Source of the DNA: Campylobacterota bacterium
GTDB lineage: Bacteria > Campylobacterota > Campylobacteria > Campylobacterales > Sulfurovaceae
DNA length: 43,129 nucleotides
Direction of reading: 5' to 3'
NCBI GenBank assembly: GCA_034722955.1
Contig: JAYEOM010000058.1
Location: 1-43,129 of the forward strand
The translations under genes were made by a program, and so were the position numbers. The first letter of the stretch is position 1. Each line of letters starts with the position of its first letter. This document shows positions 8,566-18,857 of the stretch, one piece after another. Under the pieces are notes generated by a model that worked only from the letters and a program-made list of their open reading frames with translations, was not told the origin of the DNA and ran no database searches.

Positions 8566-10197
8566 ATGGAAGAGTATCATATCAAAAACATTGCCGGACA
8601 TCTTGCTAAAGCTTTTTTGAGTAACCCACTTACGCCTATCTTGGCATTTGCTATTTTACTGTTGGGATATATCTCACTCGAAGTGATGCCACGAGAGGAG
8701 GATCCTCAGATACAGGTCAGTGGCGGATCAGTCATAGTCGCTATCCCCGGTGCCACACCCAAGGAGATCACCAATGTCATCATCAAGCCACTGGAACGGA
8801 GGATCAGGGAGGTCAAAGGGGTAGATAATATCTACGGTACTGCGATGAATAATTTCGGAATGGTCAATGTCCAGTACCTCATCGGGCAGGATAGAGAGTC
8901 ATCCAACCTAAAACTCTACGACAAAGTGATGCAGAACATGGATCAACTCCCCAAGGGTACGCTCCCCCCTCTAGTCAAACCTTTTGATATCGATATCGAT
9001 ATTCCTATTTTGACTGTAGCTTTCTACAGGCTCAAAGGGGCTCAAACTGACACTATCAAACTATATCAAACTATCCGTGAGATACAGCAAGATGTCAATG
9101 CTCTGGAGAATGTATCCAAAACGACACTCAAAGGGGTGAAGCGCCCTCAGTTCAATGTCCTGATAGATCTGCACAAACTTTCAGGCTACCACATATCTCT
9201 AGGACAGATAGCCCAAGCGATCAAAGCCATCTCGACAAATGCACCCCAGATCGATACATCTACATCCACAGGAGAGCTCATCCTCTTTGGTGTCAAAAAT
9301 GCCATCGACGACACAGATGATCTCAGAGAGTTGATCGTTGCACAATACCAAGGCTCACCTATATATCTCAAAGATATCGCCACAGTAGACTATAGCTATG
9401 ATATTCAAAATTTCAAAAGCTCTCTCATCACTTACCGCGATGGTGTAGATACCGATCAGGCAGATCATCAAAAACATCAAGAGGATCAACAAGAGGAGGA
9501 GTCTACCCATTTTCGTGATGCCGGAGACCAGATCACTATGACCGTCTCCAAACTCAAAGGAACCAATGCCGTACTAATAGCTGAAAACACTATAGAGGAG
9601 TTGCAGAAATCCAAAGAGGAGTTGAGAAAACAGGGTGTAGGCTTTATCATCACTCGCAACTATGGTACCCGTGCCAATGAAGCAGTCAATGAGTTGGTGC
9701 ATCACCTCGTGATCACTATCTTTATCATCGCACTTATACTGATTCCTTTTTTGGGATGGAGGGAGTCTCTAGTGGTCACTATCGCCGTACCTATGATCTT
9801 GGCGGCTACTCTCTTCATAGCCCTTATGACTGATCAGACGATCAACAGAATCACCCTCTTTGCCTTCCTGCTGAGTCTAGGTCTGATCGTCGATGATGCT
9901 ATTATTGTCATCGAAAATATTCATCGCCATCTCCAGCTGCCTGAATCTAGGGATCTAGAGTTTGATGACCTTATCATCCGTGCAACAGATGAGATCGGTC
10001 CATCAACCAATATCGCGACTATAGCGATCATGCTCACGATGATCCCTATGGCTTTTGTGGGTGGTATGATGGGACAGTTCATGAAGCCGATCCCACTCAA
10101 TGTTCCCGTGGCACTGGCAGTCTCTCTTTTTGTTGCTTATGTTTTCGCTCCTTATCTCGCACGCAAACTGATCAAATTCAAAAAAGGAGGGCATTGA
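8566..10197 (+). CDS. RND efflux permease, N-terminal half (AcrB/AcrD/AcrF family)
   Basis: MPREEDPQI after TM1, KPLERRIREVKGV, and INRITLFAFLLSLGLIVDDAIIVIENI with the proton-relay DD. Confidence 0.9.
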   Translation: MEEYHIKNIAGHLAKAFLSNPLTPILAFAILLLGYISLEVMPREEDPQIQVSGGSVIVAIPGATPKEITNVIIKPLERRIREVKGVDNIYGTAMNNFGMVNVQYLIGQDRESSNLKLYDKVMQNMDQLPKGTLPPLVKPFDIDIDIPILTVAFYRLKGAQTDTIKLYQTIREIQQDVNALENVSKTTLKGVKRPQFNVLIDLHKLSGYHISLGQIAQAIKAISTNAPQIDTSTSTGELILFGVKNAIDDTDDLRELIVAQYQGSPIYLKDIATVDYSYDIQNFKSSLITYRDGVDTDQADHQKHQEDQQEEESTHFRDAGDQITMTVSKLKGTNAVLIAENTIEELQKSKEELRKQGVGFIITRNYGTRANEAVNELVHHLVITIFIIALILIPFLGWRESLVVTIAVPMILAATLFIALMTDQTINRITLFAFLLSLGLIVDDAIIVIENIHRHLQLPESRDLEFDDLIIRATDEIGPSTNIATIAIMLTMIPMAFVGGMMGQFMKPIPLNVPVALAVSLFVAYVFAPYLARKLIKFKKGGH

Positions 10198-10200
10198 GTT

Positions 10201-12000
10201 ATGAAAAAGCTGATCTACAAAATCATCAGCAGCCCTCGCAACAAATGGATAGTTACAGCGATCGTCCTCCTCTCTATGGCAGGTGCCGTATTTATGATCC
10301 CCTCTAAGCTTGTACTAGCTAGGATGCTTCCGGGGAAAAGTGCCAACACCTTCACCATCTATGTCGATACCGCTACCAATACATCCATCAAAGAGACCAA
10401 ATCTGTCACAACATGTATCGTAGACTATCTCAAGCAGGAGAGAGAGATCACCGATATGGAGGTTTTTCTAGGTCAGGGGGCACCGCTGGATTATGCTGGT
10501 CTAGTCAAGGGGTCTGCATTTAAATCTCTCAAAAATCAAGCTGAGATCGTCATCAACTTGACAGACAAACATGGGCGGGAAGAGCCATCCTATATGATGG
10601 TACACCGCATTCGTCCCGAGATCAACAAAGCCTGCGGATCACTCACACCCAACACATCTATCAAATTTACCGAGATGCCTTCTGGACCACCTACCCTAGC
10701 CACCATTGTCATCGAACTCTACGGCAAAGACGATACTGTATTGAGGAAAACAGCCGAAAAAACGGCACTGATTCTCGAACAGACTGATGGATTGGTCGAT
10801 ATCGATGTGATGCAGGATGACCTCTATACCAAGTATGACCTTATATTAGATACAGAGAAGATCGTCAAAAGTGCCTTGGGTATAGATCAGGTCAACCAGA
10901 TCATCTACCTTGCATTCAAGGGGATGCCCATCGCTGTCAAAAATACACGCGATCAGCAAGACCAAGTTCCTATCTTTATGAGACTCAACAGAGAGACGCG
11001 TATGGTTGAGTTCGACTCCAAAGGGTCACTCATAGACAAGCTATCCTCCCTCAAACTGATGAACAAAATGGGAATGATGGTACCGCTCAGTGAGATCATC
11101 ACCATTCAAGCCTCAGAGTCCAGCCCGACTATATTTAGAAAAAACCTCAAAAATATGGTGACGATCACAGCTGAATGTGATATGGTCAGTCAAGTTTACC
11201 CACTGCTGGAGGCACGGGAAAAGATGATAGAGCAGCTCTCTGTAGATTATATTGTGGCAAAAGTCCCAGGCATCACCACCTATATGTTTGACCTTGACCT
11301 CATCGACAAAAAGAGTGGTGCAGAGATGCTCTTGAGATGGGATGGGGAGATGAAAGTTTCACTCGATACCTTTCGTGACTTGGGTGGAGCCTTTATCGCA
11401 GCACTGGTGTTGATGTTCCTTCTCATTGTCGTCTACTACAAATCCTTTGCCCTGAGTGGCATCGTGCTGGTCGGAAGCTTTCTATCTATCATAGGTGTCA
11501 TTATCGGACACTGGATCACCGACAAGATACAACTCTTTTTTACCGATACCCACTTCTTTCTGACTGCCACCTCGCTGATCGGATTTATCTCTCTGATGGG
11601 GATCAGTGCACGGAGTTCACTGCTCCTGATCGACTTTGCCCGTTCACTGATAGCAGATGATGGAGTAGAGAAAAAAGAGGCTATCGCGACTGCTACCGCC
11701 ACAAGAGCCAAACCTATCCTGCTCACTGCTGTAGCGATCATCCTAGGGAGTCTGCTGCTTGCTACAGATCCGATCTTTGGAGGGTTGGGAGTCGCCCTCA
11801 TCTTTGGAAGCATAGCTGCCACACTCGTCTCACTCTTCTTTATCCCTATATTGATGGATAACTCTGATGCGATGATGCCAGATAGTGAAGACAAGATACT
11901 TATAGAGGAGGAGAAGAGTACATGGTGCAGGCTGAGTGACAGTATAAGGGCACTCTTTCCTCACAAGAGGAGAGGAGAGGAGAGAAAAGGGGAGTTGTAG
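10201..12000 (+). CDS. RND efflux permease, C-terminal half
   Basis: Own RBS (AAGGAGG) and ATG, GPPTLATIVIELYG, WDGEMKVS, SLLLIDF, RAKPILLT, DPIFGGLGVALIFG. Confidence 0.9.
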   Translation: MKKLIYKIISSPRNKWIVTAIVLLSMAGAVFMIPSKLVLARMLPGKSANTFTIYVDTATNTSIKETKSVTTCIVDYLKQEREITDMEVFLGQGAPLDYAGLVKGSAFKSLKNQAEIVINLTDKHGREEPSYMMVHRIRPEINKACGSLTPNTSIKFTEMPSGPPTLATIVIELYGKDDTVLRKTAEKTALILEQTDGLVDIDVMQDDLYTKYDLILDTEKIVKSALGIDQVNQIIYLAFKGMPIAVKNTRDQQDQVPIFMRLNRETRMVEFDSKGSLIDKLSSLKLMNKMGMMVPLSEIITIQASESSPTIFRKNLKNMVTITAECDMVSQVYPLLEAREKMIEQLSVDYIVAKVPGITTYMFDLDLIDKKSGAEMLLRWDGEMKVSLDTFRDLGGAFIAALVLMFLLIVVYYKSFALSGIVLVGSFLSIIGVIIGHWITDKIQLFFTDTHFFLTATSLIGFISLMGISARSSLLLIDFARSLIADDGVEKKEAIATATATRAKPILLTAVAIILGSLLLATDPIFGGLGVALIFGSIAATLVSLFFIPILMDNSDAMMPDSEDKILIEEEKSTWCRLSDSIRALFPHKRRGEERKGEL

Positions 12001-12651
12001 CTAATTTTTGTCAACTGTTTTGCAAAACTCAACTTTATCAACACAATCTACAACCATAAGGATATAACTGCTCTTTAAAACAGCAGAAGGTATCTCAAGA
12101 TCACTTGATATATCTGAAATACCGCTTTTTTTGTAAACAGTCTCCCCACTGCTCTCCTTTACTAAAATAGTCAGAGGCATCCGTTCACACCTTATATTTG
12201 ATATTTTGACCATTTTACTTTTTTTATCTACCTCAAGCTTATCAGTGCATTGAGTATCATTATTATCCGAATCGTCAAATGCCCTTATACCCATTACAGC
12301 CGTTTTCTCGCTGATATTAAATCTCTCAGGAGAGATCTCTTCGAGCTTCATAGTGATCGTATCGAAAAATTTTGATCCTTCATCCGAGCTTGTATCCCCG
12401 AGCAGATAGTCATCGATCAACAACATACTATTTTTTCCCATAGATATATTTGTATTATCTTTAAGAACTATTTTTACTTTTCCATCTTCACCGGTTATAA
12501 CTCTATCAAGCTTTACCAATATTTTTTCAATCGGTATTTTTTGCCCTGATCTCTCTAGATGTGTATCTCCCGATACCAACTCTACTCTCCCTATATCTGC
12601 ATGAAGCAAAAGCGTAGAGCTTATCAGCAGACTTATAAATAGTTGATTCAT
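12001..12651 (-). CDS. Secreted FecR-domain-containing protein
   Basis: Signal peptide, IGRVELVSG, DRVITGEDGKVKIVLKDNT..MGKNS, TAVMGIR. Probable start ATG 12651 after a GGAGG RBS. Confidence 0.65.
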   Translation of the reverse strand: MNQLFISLLISSTLLLHADIGRVELVSGDTHLERSGQKIPIEKILVKLDRVITGEDGKVKIVLKDNTNISMGKNSMLLIDDYLLGDTSSDEGSKFFDTITMKLEEISPERFNISEKTAVMGIRAFDDSDNNDTQCTDKLEVDKKSKMVKISNIRCERMPLTILVKESSGETVYKKSGISDISSDLEIPSAVLKSSYILMVVDCVDKVEFCKTVDKN

Positions 12652-12665
12652 CTTGTAACCTCCTA

Positions 12666-13481
12666 TCAATGGCTAGATGCACCTATCACATTATCATTAT
12701 ACTCTATATCTATCTTGGCATACATACCTGGATAGATTTTCTGCCCCTCTTGGTCGAACTTGACACGAATGGTAAATGTATGAGTCATAGGATTGGCACT
12801 AGGAACTACTGATTTGATACGACCTCTTGTCTTAAACTTGATCGAAGGGATACGCACTTTGACAAAATCCCCCTCATTGACCTTCAGCAGATCAGCCTCA
12901 GATATCTGACCCTCTATCTCCAGATGATCTAAGTCCACCAAGACCATCGCTAGCATACCTGGAACTATCAAATCCCCTACCCGTATACGCTTCTGGACTA
13001 TGATCCCGTCATTTGGTGCTTTCACCTCCAGATAGTTGGCGATAGTTGCCATCTGTTTGACCTTGGTAGAGGCATTCTCTACCAAGCCTCTAGCAGCTGC
13101 GAGCCCCGCTTGGACATTTTCTGCTGAGATATCCAAGTTGTTCCAATCCATACTGCCATCTTGGCCCCTGACACGCAAAAGAGCCTTCTCTCTTCGGATA
13201 CTATCCATTCGAGTACGATACATATCTACCATGATCTCTGCTTGTTCCAGAGCCAGATCTGCCTGATTTTTCATGATGTCAAACTCTGCGGACTCCATCT
13301 CAAAGAGTGTATCTTCACGATGCACTTTATCTCCAATATTGAAATAGATATGTTTGACATAACCCATATAGCGTGCACCTATCATCTTCTGATTGTCCGA
13401 AACTACAGTACCTGTGATATATAGATCTCCTGCGGCTATCTGTAGTGTTAGCAGTAGAGAGAGGGTTATTATCTTGAACAT
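12666..13481 (-). CDS. RND efflux periplasmic adaptor (membrane fusion protein)
   Basis: Lipoyl half-motifs (GYVKHIYFNIGDKV; VKAPNDGIIVQKRIRVGDLI), helical hairpin, PSANPMTHTF, YPGMYA. Confidence 0.9.
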   Translation of the reverse strand: MFKIITLSLLLTLQIAAGDLYITGTVVSDNQKMIGARYMGYVKHIYFNIGDKVHREDTLFEMESAEFDIMKNQADLALEQAEIMVDMYRTRMDSIRREKALLRVRGQDGSMDWNNLDISAENVQAGLAAARGLVENASTKVKQMATIANYLEVKAPNDGIIVQKRIRVGDLIVPGMLAMVLVDLDHLEIEGQISEADLLKVNEGDFVKVRIPSIKFKTRGRIKSVVPSANPMTHTFTIRVKFDQEGQKIYPGMYAKIDIEYNDNVIGASSH

Positions 13482-13583
13482 TGTATGCCTTTATTATAAA
13501 AATTATTTATTAAGTATAACATATTTTTATAGAATGGGTTCTAAATTACAATTATATTGAGACAAAATAGTACGCCTACTGTA

Positions 13584-14870
13584 TCAAGTTTGCAACTCTC
13601 TAGGATCGACGATCTTGCCTGCTATCGCAGAGGCAGCGGCTACTGCTGAGTTGGCTAGATAGATCTCTGAAGTTCTTGCACCCATGCGACCGACAAAGTT
13701 TCGGTTGGTTGTTGCTACACATCGTTCACCATCACCCAAGATACCCATATAGCCACCCAGACAAGCACCGCAAGTTGGATTGGAGACTACAGCACCAGCC
13801 TCTATGAGGATATCTATCAACCCCTCATGCTGTGCCTGCATCAGGATCTTTTGTGTTGCCGGTGTGACGATCATACGGCTACGCTTGGCTACTCTTTTAC
13901 CCTTCATGATCTCTGCTGCTATACGCAGATCTTCGATACGACCATTGGTACAAGAGCCTATCATCACTTGATCGATCGATATATCATCTGCTACTGCCTG
14001 CTCTACAGGCTTGCCATTGGATGGGAGGAATGGGTAGGCGATGACAGGAGAGAGGTTGGCAACATCTATTTCAATAACTTGACAATACTCTGCATCCTCA
14101 TCAGATATGAATATCTTCGGCTCTGCACGCAACCCGTCATTGGCTCTCACTCGTTCATCCAGATATGCTCTTGTCACCTCATCGACGGCTATGATACCGG
14201 ACTTGGCACCTGCTTCGATAGCCATATTGCACATAGAGAAGCGATCATCCATCCCAAGATGAGGGATCGTATCACCCACAAACTCCAATGCTCTATAGAG
14301 AGCACCATCTACTCCCAAGATACGGATCAGCTCAAGTATGATATCTTTACCATATATATGCTCTCCTGGCTTACCACTCAAGACGACTTTGATACTCTCA
14401 GGCACTTTAAACCAGTTACCTCCAGTGACCATACCAAATGCCAAATCTGTACTCCCCATCCCTGTAGAGAAAGCACCCAATGCACCATGGGTACAGGTAT
14501 GCGAGTCGGCACCTATGATCACATCTCCAGGGATCACCAAGCCCTTCTCAGGAAGCAGAGCATGCTCTATACCCATATCTTTCTCATCAAAAAAGTACTT
14601 CAAATCATGTTTGTAGGCAAACTCTCTAGATATCTTTGCCTGATTTGCAGATGCTATATCTTTGGCAGGGATATAGTGATCCATCACTATACTGAAATTG
14701 TCCGGTCTTGCCAGCTTCTCTGCCCCACTCTCTTCAAATGCCTTGATCGAGATCGGTGTTGTAATATCATTACCGATAATCATATCTATATCAACTCTGA
14801 CGATCTCTCCTGCCTTGACTTTTTGCCCTGCATGATTTGAAAAGATCTTCTCTGTAATGGTTTGTCCCAT
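13584..14870 (-). CDS. leuC: 3-isopropylmalate dehydratase large subunit (aconitase family)
   Basis: MGQTITEKI, GADSHTCT, IGSCTNGR, CGACLG Fe-S ligands, TTNRNFVGRMG. Confidence 0.92.
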   Translation of the reverse strand: MGQTITEKIFSNHAGQKVKAGEIVRVDIDMIIGNDITTPISIKAFEESGAEKLARPDNFSIVMDHYIPAKDIASANQAKISREFAYKHDLKYFFDEKDMGIEHALLPEKGLVIPGDVIIGADSHTCTHGALGAFSTGMGSTDLAFGMVTGGNWFKVPESIKVVLSGKPGEHIYGKDIILELIRILGVDGALYRALEFVGDTIPHLGMDDRFSMCNMAIEAGAKSGIIAVDEVTRAYLDERVRANDGLRAEPKIFISDEDAEYCQVIEIDVANLSPVIAYPFLPSNGKPVEQAVADDISIDQVMIGSCTNGRIEDLRIAAEIMKGKRVAKRSRMIVTPATQKILMQAQHEGLIDILIEAGAVVSNPTCGACLGGYMGILGDGERCVATTNRNFVGRMGARTSEIYLANSAVAAASAIAGKIVDPRELQT

Positions 14871-14992
14871 TTTTTATCCTTGCTATTGTTATACTTCTCG
14901 CAAGAAGTATATTGTTGGTTAGGGTTGAATTATAGCCAAAAAAATTTATGGTAAAATTCCATTATCCAGAATTATCCATCCAAGGTCTTTTT

Positions 14993-16336
14993 ATGAAACA
15001 CTATGAACTCCAAGCCACTGCTCAACGATTGAGTGATTTTGCCTTTATATCTCGTGCTAGACGCGTAGAGAACAACACTGTAGAGCTTACTTTCGACAAA
15101 GATCAAAGTTATTTTTTCTCTATGACTAGAGGGCATAGTTTTGTCTACAAGGCACCTTCTCAGCGACCGATACAAGGCTACAATGCACCATTTGATAACC
15201 TGCTTCACTCTCTAGTATCAGCGAGCAAGATCATATCGGTAGAGACACCAAACAGTGACAGGGTACTCCGTTTTTCACTCTCTCCAAAGAGCAGTTACAA
15301 AGATAAAAAGATCTATCTTCAGTTTGAATTTACCGGCAAAAATACCAATATTCTCTTGATAGATAGCGATGAGGTGGTGATAGAGGCTCTTAGGCATATC
15401 GATGCAGAGAGTAGCTTTCGTATCATTCGACCCGGCGTAGAGCTTTTAGCTATTCCTCCATACGAGCGAAATGAAATCAGCCAAGATATCGTCGATATAG
15501 ATCACTATCTTGAAGAGAGATGCAGAGAGATGCAGAGAAGTAAATTGACCCAATTGAAAAGACAAAAACTCTCTATCATCACTAAAAAGAGTAAAAAACT
15601 AGGTCAGCTTTTGGAGAAGCTGCCTGACCAAAATAGGCTATCAGAGCTGGAGAGAGAGCATCAAACATACGCCCATCTCATCCTCGCAAACCTATACCAG
15701 ATCAAGCCATATGACAGCAGACTTAAAACCTATGATTTTGATGGCAATGAGATCACTATCGCACTCCCCAAAAATATCAAAGTCACTAGGATGAGTGACC
15801 ACTTTTTCAATTTGGCAAAAAGAGCAAAAAACAGAGCCATCAATATACATATAGAGAGAGAGAACCTAGAGAGCAAAAAAGCCTTCTATGACAATATCAT
15901 CTATGCCATAGAGCAAGCTAAAGATCCATATGAGCTAGAGCTTCTCGTACCCAAACGAGCCAAAGCACAACGCAAAAAAGAGAGACTCAGAGAGGGTGAA
16001 CTCTTTTGGATTGAGGATTACAAAGTATTCGTAGGACGCAACAGCAGCGAAAATCAAAAACTACTAAAACTTGCCAAAGCCAATGACCTTTGGATGCATA
16101 TACGAGATATTCCATCCAGCCATGTCATCATCAGAACAGACAAGCAAAACTTACCCCAAAGTATCATAGAGGCTGCGGCTAAACTATGCGTAGATTTCTC
16201 AGTCAAAAATCCAGGAGAGTATGAGGTAGACTATACGAAACGAAAATTTATCAAAGTCCAAGAGGGATCAAATGTCTTCTACAACAAATATGATACAGTG
16301 CGTATACGCAAAGAGGGTATTGAGATACGAGAATAA
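14993..16336 (+). CDS. NFACT-family protein (Rqc2/RqcH, FbpA-like)
   Basis: EFTGKNTN and EALRH in NFACT-N; GRNSSENQKL, DLWMHIRDIPSSHVII and VDYT in NFACT-R. Probable start ATG 14993 (track 14948). Confidence 0.88.
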   Translation: MKHYELQATAQRLSDFAFISRARRVENNTVELTFDKDQSYFFSMTRGHSFVYKAPSQRPIQGYNAPFDNLLHSLVSASKIISVETPNSDRVLRFSLSPKSSYKDKKIYLQFEFTGKNTNILLIDSDEVVIEALRHIDAESSFRIIRPGVELLAIPPYERNEISQDIVDIDHYLEERCREMQRSKLTQLKRQKLSIITKKSKKLGQLLEKLPDQNRLSELEREHQTYAHLILANLYQIKPYDSRLKTYDFDGNEITIALPKNIKVTRMSDHFFNLAKRAKNRAINIHIERENLESKKAFYDNIIYAIEQAKDPYELELLVPKRAKAQRKKERLREGELFWIEDYKVFVGRNSSENQKLLKLAKANDLWMHIRDIPSSHVIIRTDKQNLPQSIIEAAAKLCVDFSVKNPGEYEVDYTKRKFIKVQEGSNVFYNKYDTVRIRKEGIEIRE

Positions 16337-16380
16337 CAGAAAGTTTAGATATAATCGGTATCTGTTATGAGAGAAAATAT

Positions 16381-16445
16381 ATTGATCTCGGATTATGCAA
16401 TGATAGATGCTAGTTTAGCAACTCTATTGCATATTTCGGGTTGAT
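16381..16445 (+). promoter_or_regulatory. Long imperfect hairpin in the leader upstream of cdsA
   Basis: TATGCAAT/ATTGCATA and TGCTA-GTT-TAGCA stems closed by CTCGGA/TTCGGG; a TATAAT box lies just upstream (~16349-16356). Confidence 0.4.
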
Positions 16446-16460
16446 TATTCAGGATAAAAA

Positions 16461-17219
16461 ATGACGAAACTTTTTACAGACTATCAAGCACGCTGGATTA
16501 CGGGGATTGCCCTTCTTGCACTCGTAGGAGTTATCGGCTGGATTGATAACTTTTTTATTATGTGGAGTTTTTTGGGAGTCATCTATATGTTTGCTTTCTA
16601 TGAAGCGATGAAACTCTTCAGACTCACTGGACCATCGATGTACTTTTGGGCTCTGCTGCTCTGGATATTTGCCTACTTCTACCCAAATCCTGACGATCTG
16701 TTTTTTCTATTTATGATCCTCTTTGGCGGAACTCTGGCATATAACCACAACTTTAACCCAAAACTTATACTCCCTTTTCTCTATCCTGTGAGCGGGATTC
16801 TCTTTTTTCTTATACTCTATCAGGATTTTGGTATTATGGCGATGGCATGGTTGCTTGTGACAGTAGCTATGACAGACATGGGTGCCTTCTTTGTAGGTAA
16901 ACTTATCGGAAAGACTAAGTTTTCTGATACATCCCCCAACAAAACTATAGAGGGTGTCATAGGTGGTATTCTCTTTGCTACACTTGCAGGAACCTACATA
17001 GGACTCTATATCGCACCTTTTTGGGTAGCTCTTTTTGTGACACTATTTACATCTATATCCTCGATATTTGGTGATCTGTTTGAGAGTTATCTCAAGCGAG
17101 AAGCTGGAGTCAAAGATAGCGGAGACCTGCTCCCCGGACATGGTGGCATACTAGACAGAATAGATGGCTATCTTTTTGCTGCTATCATTATGGTCATCAC
17201 GCTGAGATCACTCCTCTAA
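16461..17219 (+). CDS. cdsA: Phosphatidate cytidylyltransferase
   Basis: SPNKTIEG and [32 protein letters not shown] signature. Confidence 0.95.
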   Translation: MTKLFTDYQARWITGIALLALVGVIGWIDNFFIMWSFLGVIYMFAFYEAMKLFRLTGPSMYFWALLLWIFAYFYPNPDDLFFLFMILFGGTLAYNHNFNPKLILPFLYPVSGILFFLILYQDFGIMAMAWLLVTVAMTDMGAFFVGKLIGKTKFSDTSPNKTIEGVIGGILFATLAGTYIGLYIAPFWVALFVTLFTSISSIFGDLFESYLKREAGVKDSGDLLPGHGGILDRIDGYLFAAIIMVITLRSLL

Positions 17220-18310
17220 TGTCTGATTCGATTGTTCTGCTGGGCTCTACAGGATCTATAGGGGTCAACACCCTAAAGATCGCTTCGAGGTATGATATCT
17301 CTATAGAAGCTCTAGTCGCAGGAACCAATATCTACCTGCTCAACGAACAGATCAGAGAGCATAGCCCTAGCTATGTAGCTATAGCAAACGAACAAGATCG
17401 CAACTCTGTAGACCATCATCATGTTTTTTGCGGCGATAGCGGTATCCTAGAGCTTCTTGAGCATACCAAAAGTACGACCGTAGTCAATGCACTGGTAGGA
17501 TATGCAGGATTGGCACCTACACGCAAAGCGATCGAGCTAGGCAGAGAGGTCGCCCTTGCCAACAAAGAGTCACTGGTTGTCGCAGGTGAATTTATCGACA
17601 TAGAGAAGATCACCCCTATCGACAGTGAACATTTTGGGCTCTGGTACCTACTGGGAGAACGCCCCTTTAGCAAACTATATATCACAGCTAGCGGTGGTGC
17701 TTTTCGTAACTGGGAGAGTGATGCTATTGCTACTGCTTCATTCAGTGATGCACTCAAACACCCCAACTGGTCTATGGGCAACAAGATCACAATAGACTCA
17801 GCCACTATGACTAATAAGCTCTTTGAGCTGTTAGAGGCCAAATGGCTCTTTGAGAGTAGCCAGATCGATGCTGTTATCGAGCGGAGATCTATCATACATG
17901 CTCTAGCTCAGTTTTCGGACGGCTCCACAACTGCACACTTTGCAGGTGCTGATATGAGACTCCCCATCGCTTTTGCTCTGAGAGGTCAAGTAGAGGAGGA
18001 GATCTTGCCACCACTTGATCTCTTGGGGATTGGGGCATTGGAGTTTGAGCCTATAGAGTCAGACAAATACCCCATCTGGGAGATCAAAGATCATCTCCTT
18101 CAAAATCCTCATCTAGGAGTAGTAGTCAACGCTGCCAACGAGGAGGCTATCAAGGCTTTTGAGAGTGGAAAAATCACTTTTTTCGGAATGGCAAAGAGAG
18201 TACTGGATGCATACAGATCTTTTGATACTATTCATGCCAACAGTATAGATGAGATCATTGAGATAGACCGAGAGGTAAGGAACTTCACAATGGGCAGAGT
18301 AAAGAGTTAA
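17219..18310 (+). CDS. dxr: 1-deoxy-D-xylulose-5-phosphate reductoisomerase
   Basis: LGSTGSIG, LANKESLV, PIDSEH, TASGGAF, HPNWSMGNKITIDSAT, NAANE. Confidence 0.97.
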   Translation: MSDSIVLLGSTGSIGVNTLKIASRYDISIEALVAGTNIYLLNEQIREHSPSYVAIANEQDRNSVDHHHVFCGDSGILELLEHTKSTTVVNALVGYAGLAPTRKAIELGREVALANKESLVVAGEFIDIEKITPIDSEHFGLWYLLGERPFSKLYITASGGAFRNWESDAIATASFSDALKHPNWSMGNKITIDSATMTNKLFELLEAKWLFESSQIDAVIERRSIIHALAQFSDGSTTAHFAGADMRLPIAFALRGQVEEEILPPLDLLGIGALEFEPIESDKYPIWEIKDHLLQNPHLGVVVNAANEEAIKAFESGKITFFGMAKRVLDAYRSFDTIHANSIDEIIEIDREVRNFTMGRVKS

Positions 18311-18323
18311 GAGAGGGGTTACA

Positions 18324-18857
18324 ATGAAACTACTTATTTTACACGGCTGGGGTGGCAGTGACGCTCCGCATTGGCAAGCTCAACTCGCTTCAGCTGTCGC
18401 AAAGGAGTATGGTACTGTCAGTTTTCCACTGCTTGACAACTGTCACTTTCCGAGTAAAAACCGCTGGGTCAAACAGGTCAGGCAGATACTAGAAGATTTC
18501 AAACCAGATACTATCATCTGCCACTCTCTAGCCAATACTCTTTGGTTTTGGCTCTGCGAAGAGTATATCACTCCTATAGAGAGACTCATCATGGTCTCTC
18601 CCCCTAGTCTCACGACCAAAGAGGAGATTATCAAAACATTTTTCCCTTGTGTGATGCCCAGAGATCTAAAGGCACACAAGATAGAGATGATCATCTCTGA
18701 CAATGATCCATATATAGAGGTAGACGAAGCAAAGAGTATTGCAGATCACTATGCCATACCCATCAAGATCATCAAAGATGCAGGACATATCAATGCAGAT
18801 AGCGGATATGGCAGATGGAGATATATCGAAGATCTAGTGATGGATAGAGAGTCATGA
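18324..18857 (+). CDS. RBBP9/YdeN-family alpha/beta hydrolase
   Basis: ILHGWGGS..HWQ, HSL nucleophile, SDNDPY, AGHIN..SGYG. Confidence 0.88.
   Translation: MKLLILHGWGGSDAPHWQAQLASAVAKEYGTVSFPLLDNCHFPSKNRWVKQVRQILEDFKPDTIICHSLANTLWFWLCEEYITPIERLIMVSPPSLTTKEEIIKTFFPCVMPRDLKAHKIEMIISDNDPYIEVDEAKSIADHYAIPIKIIKDAGHINADSGYGRWRYIEDLVMDRES

Noticed and set aside
13827..14840. 337-aa plus-strand ORF
   Set aside because: It lies wholly antisense to leuC and has no recognisable motifs; a shadow ORF.
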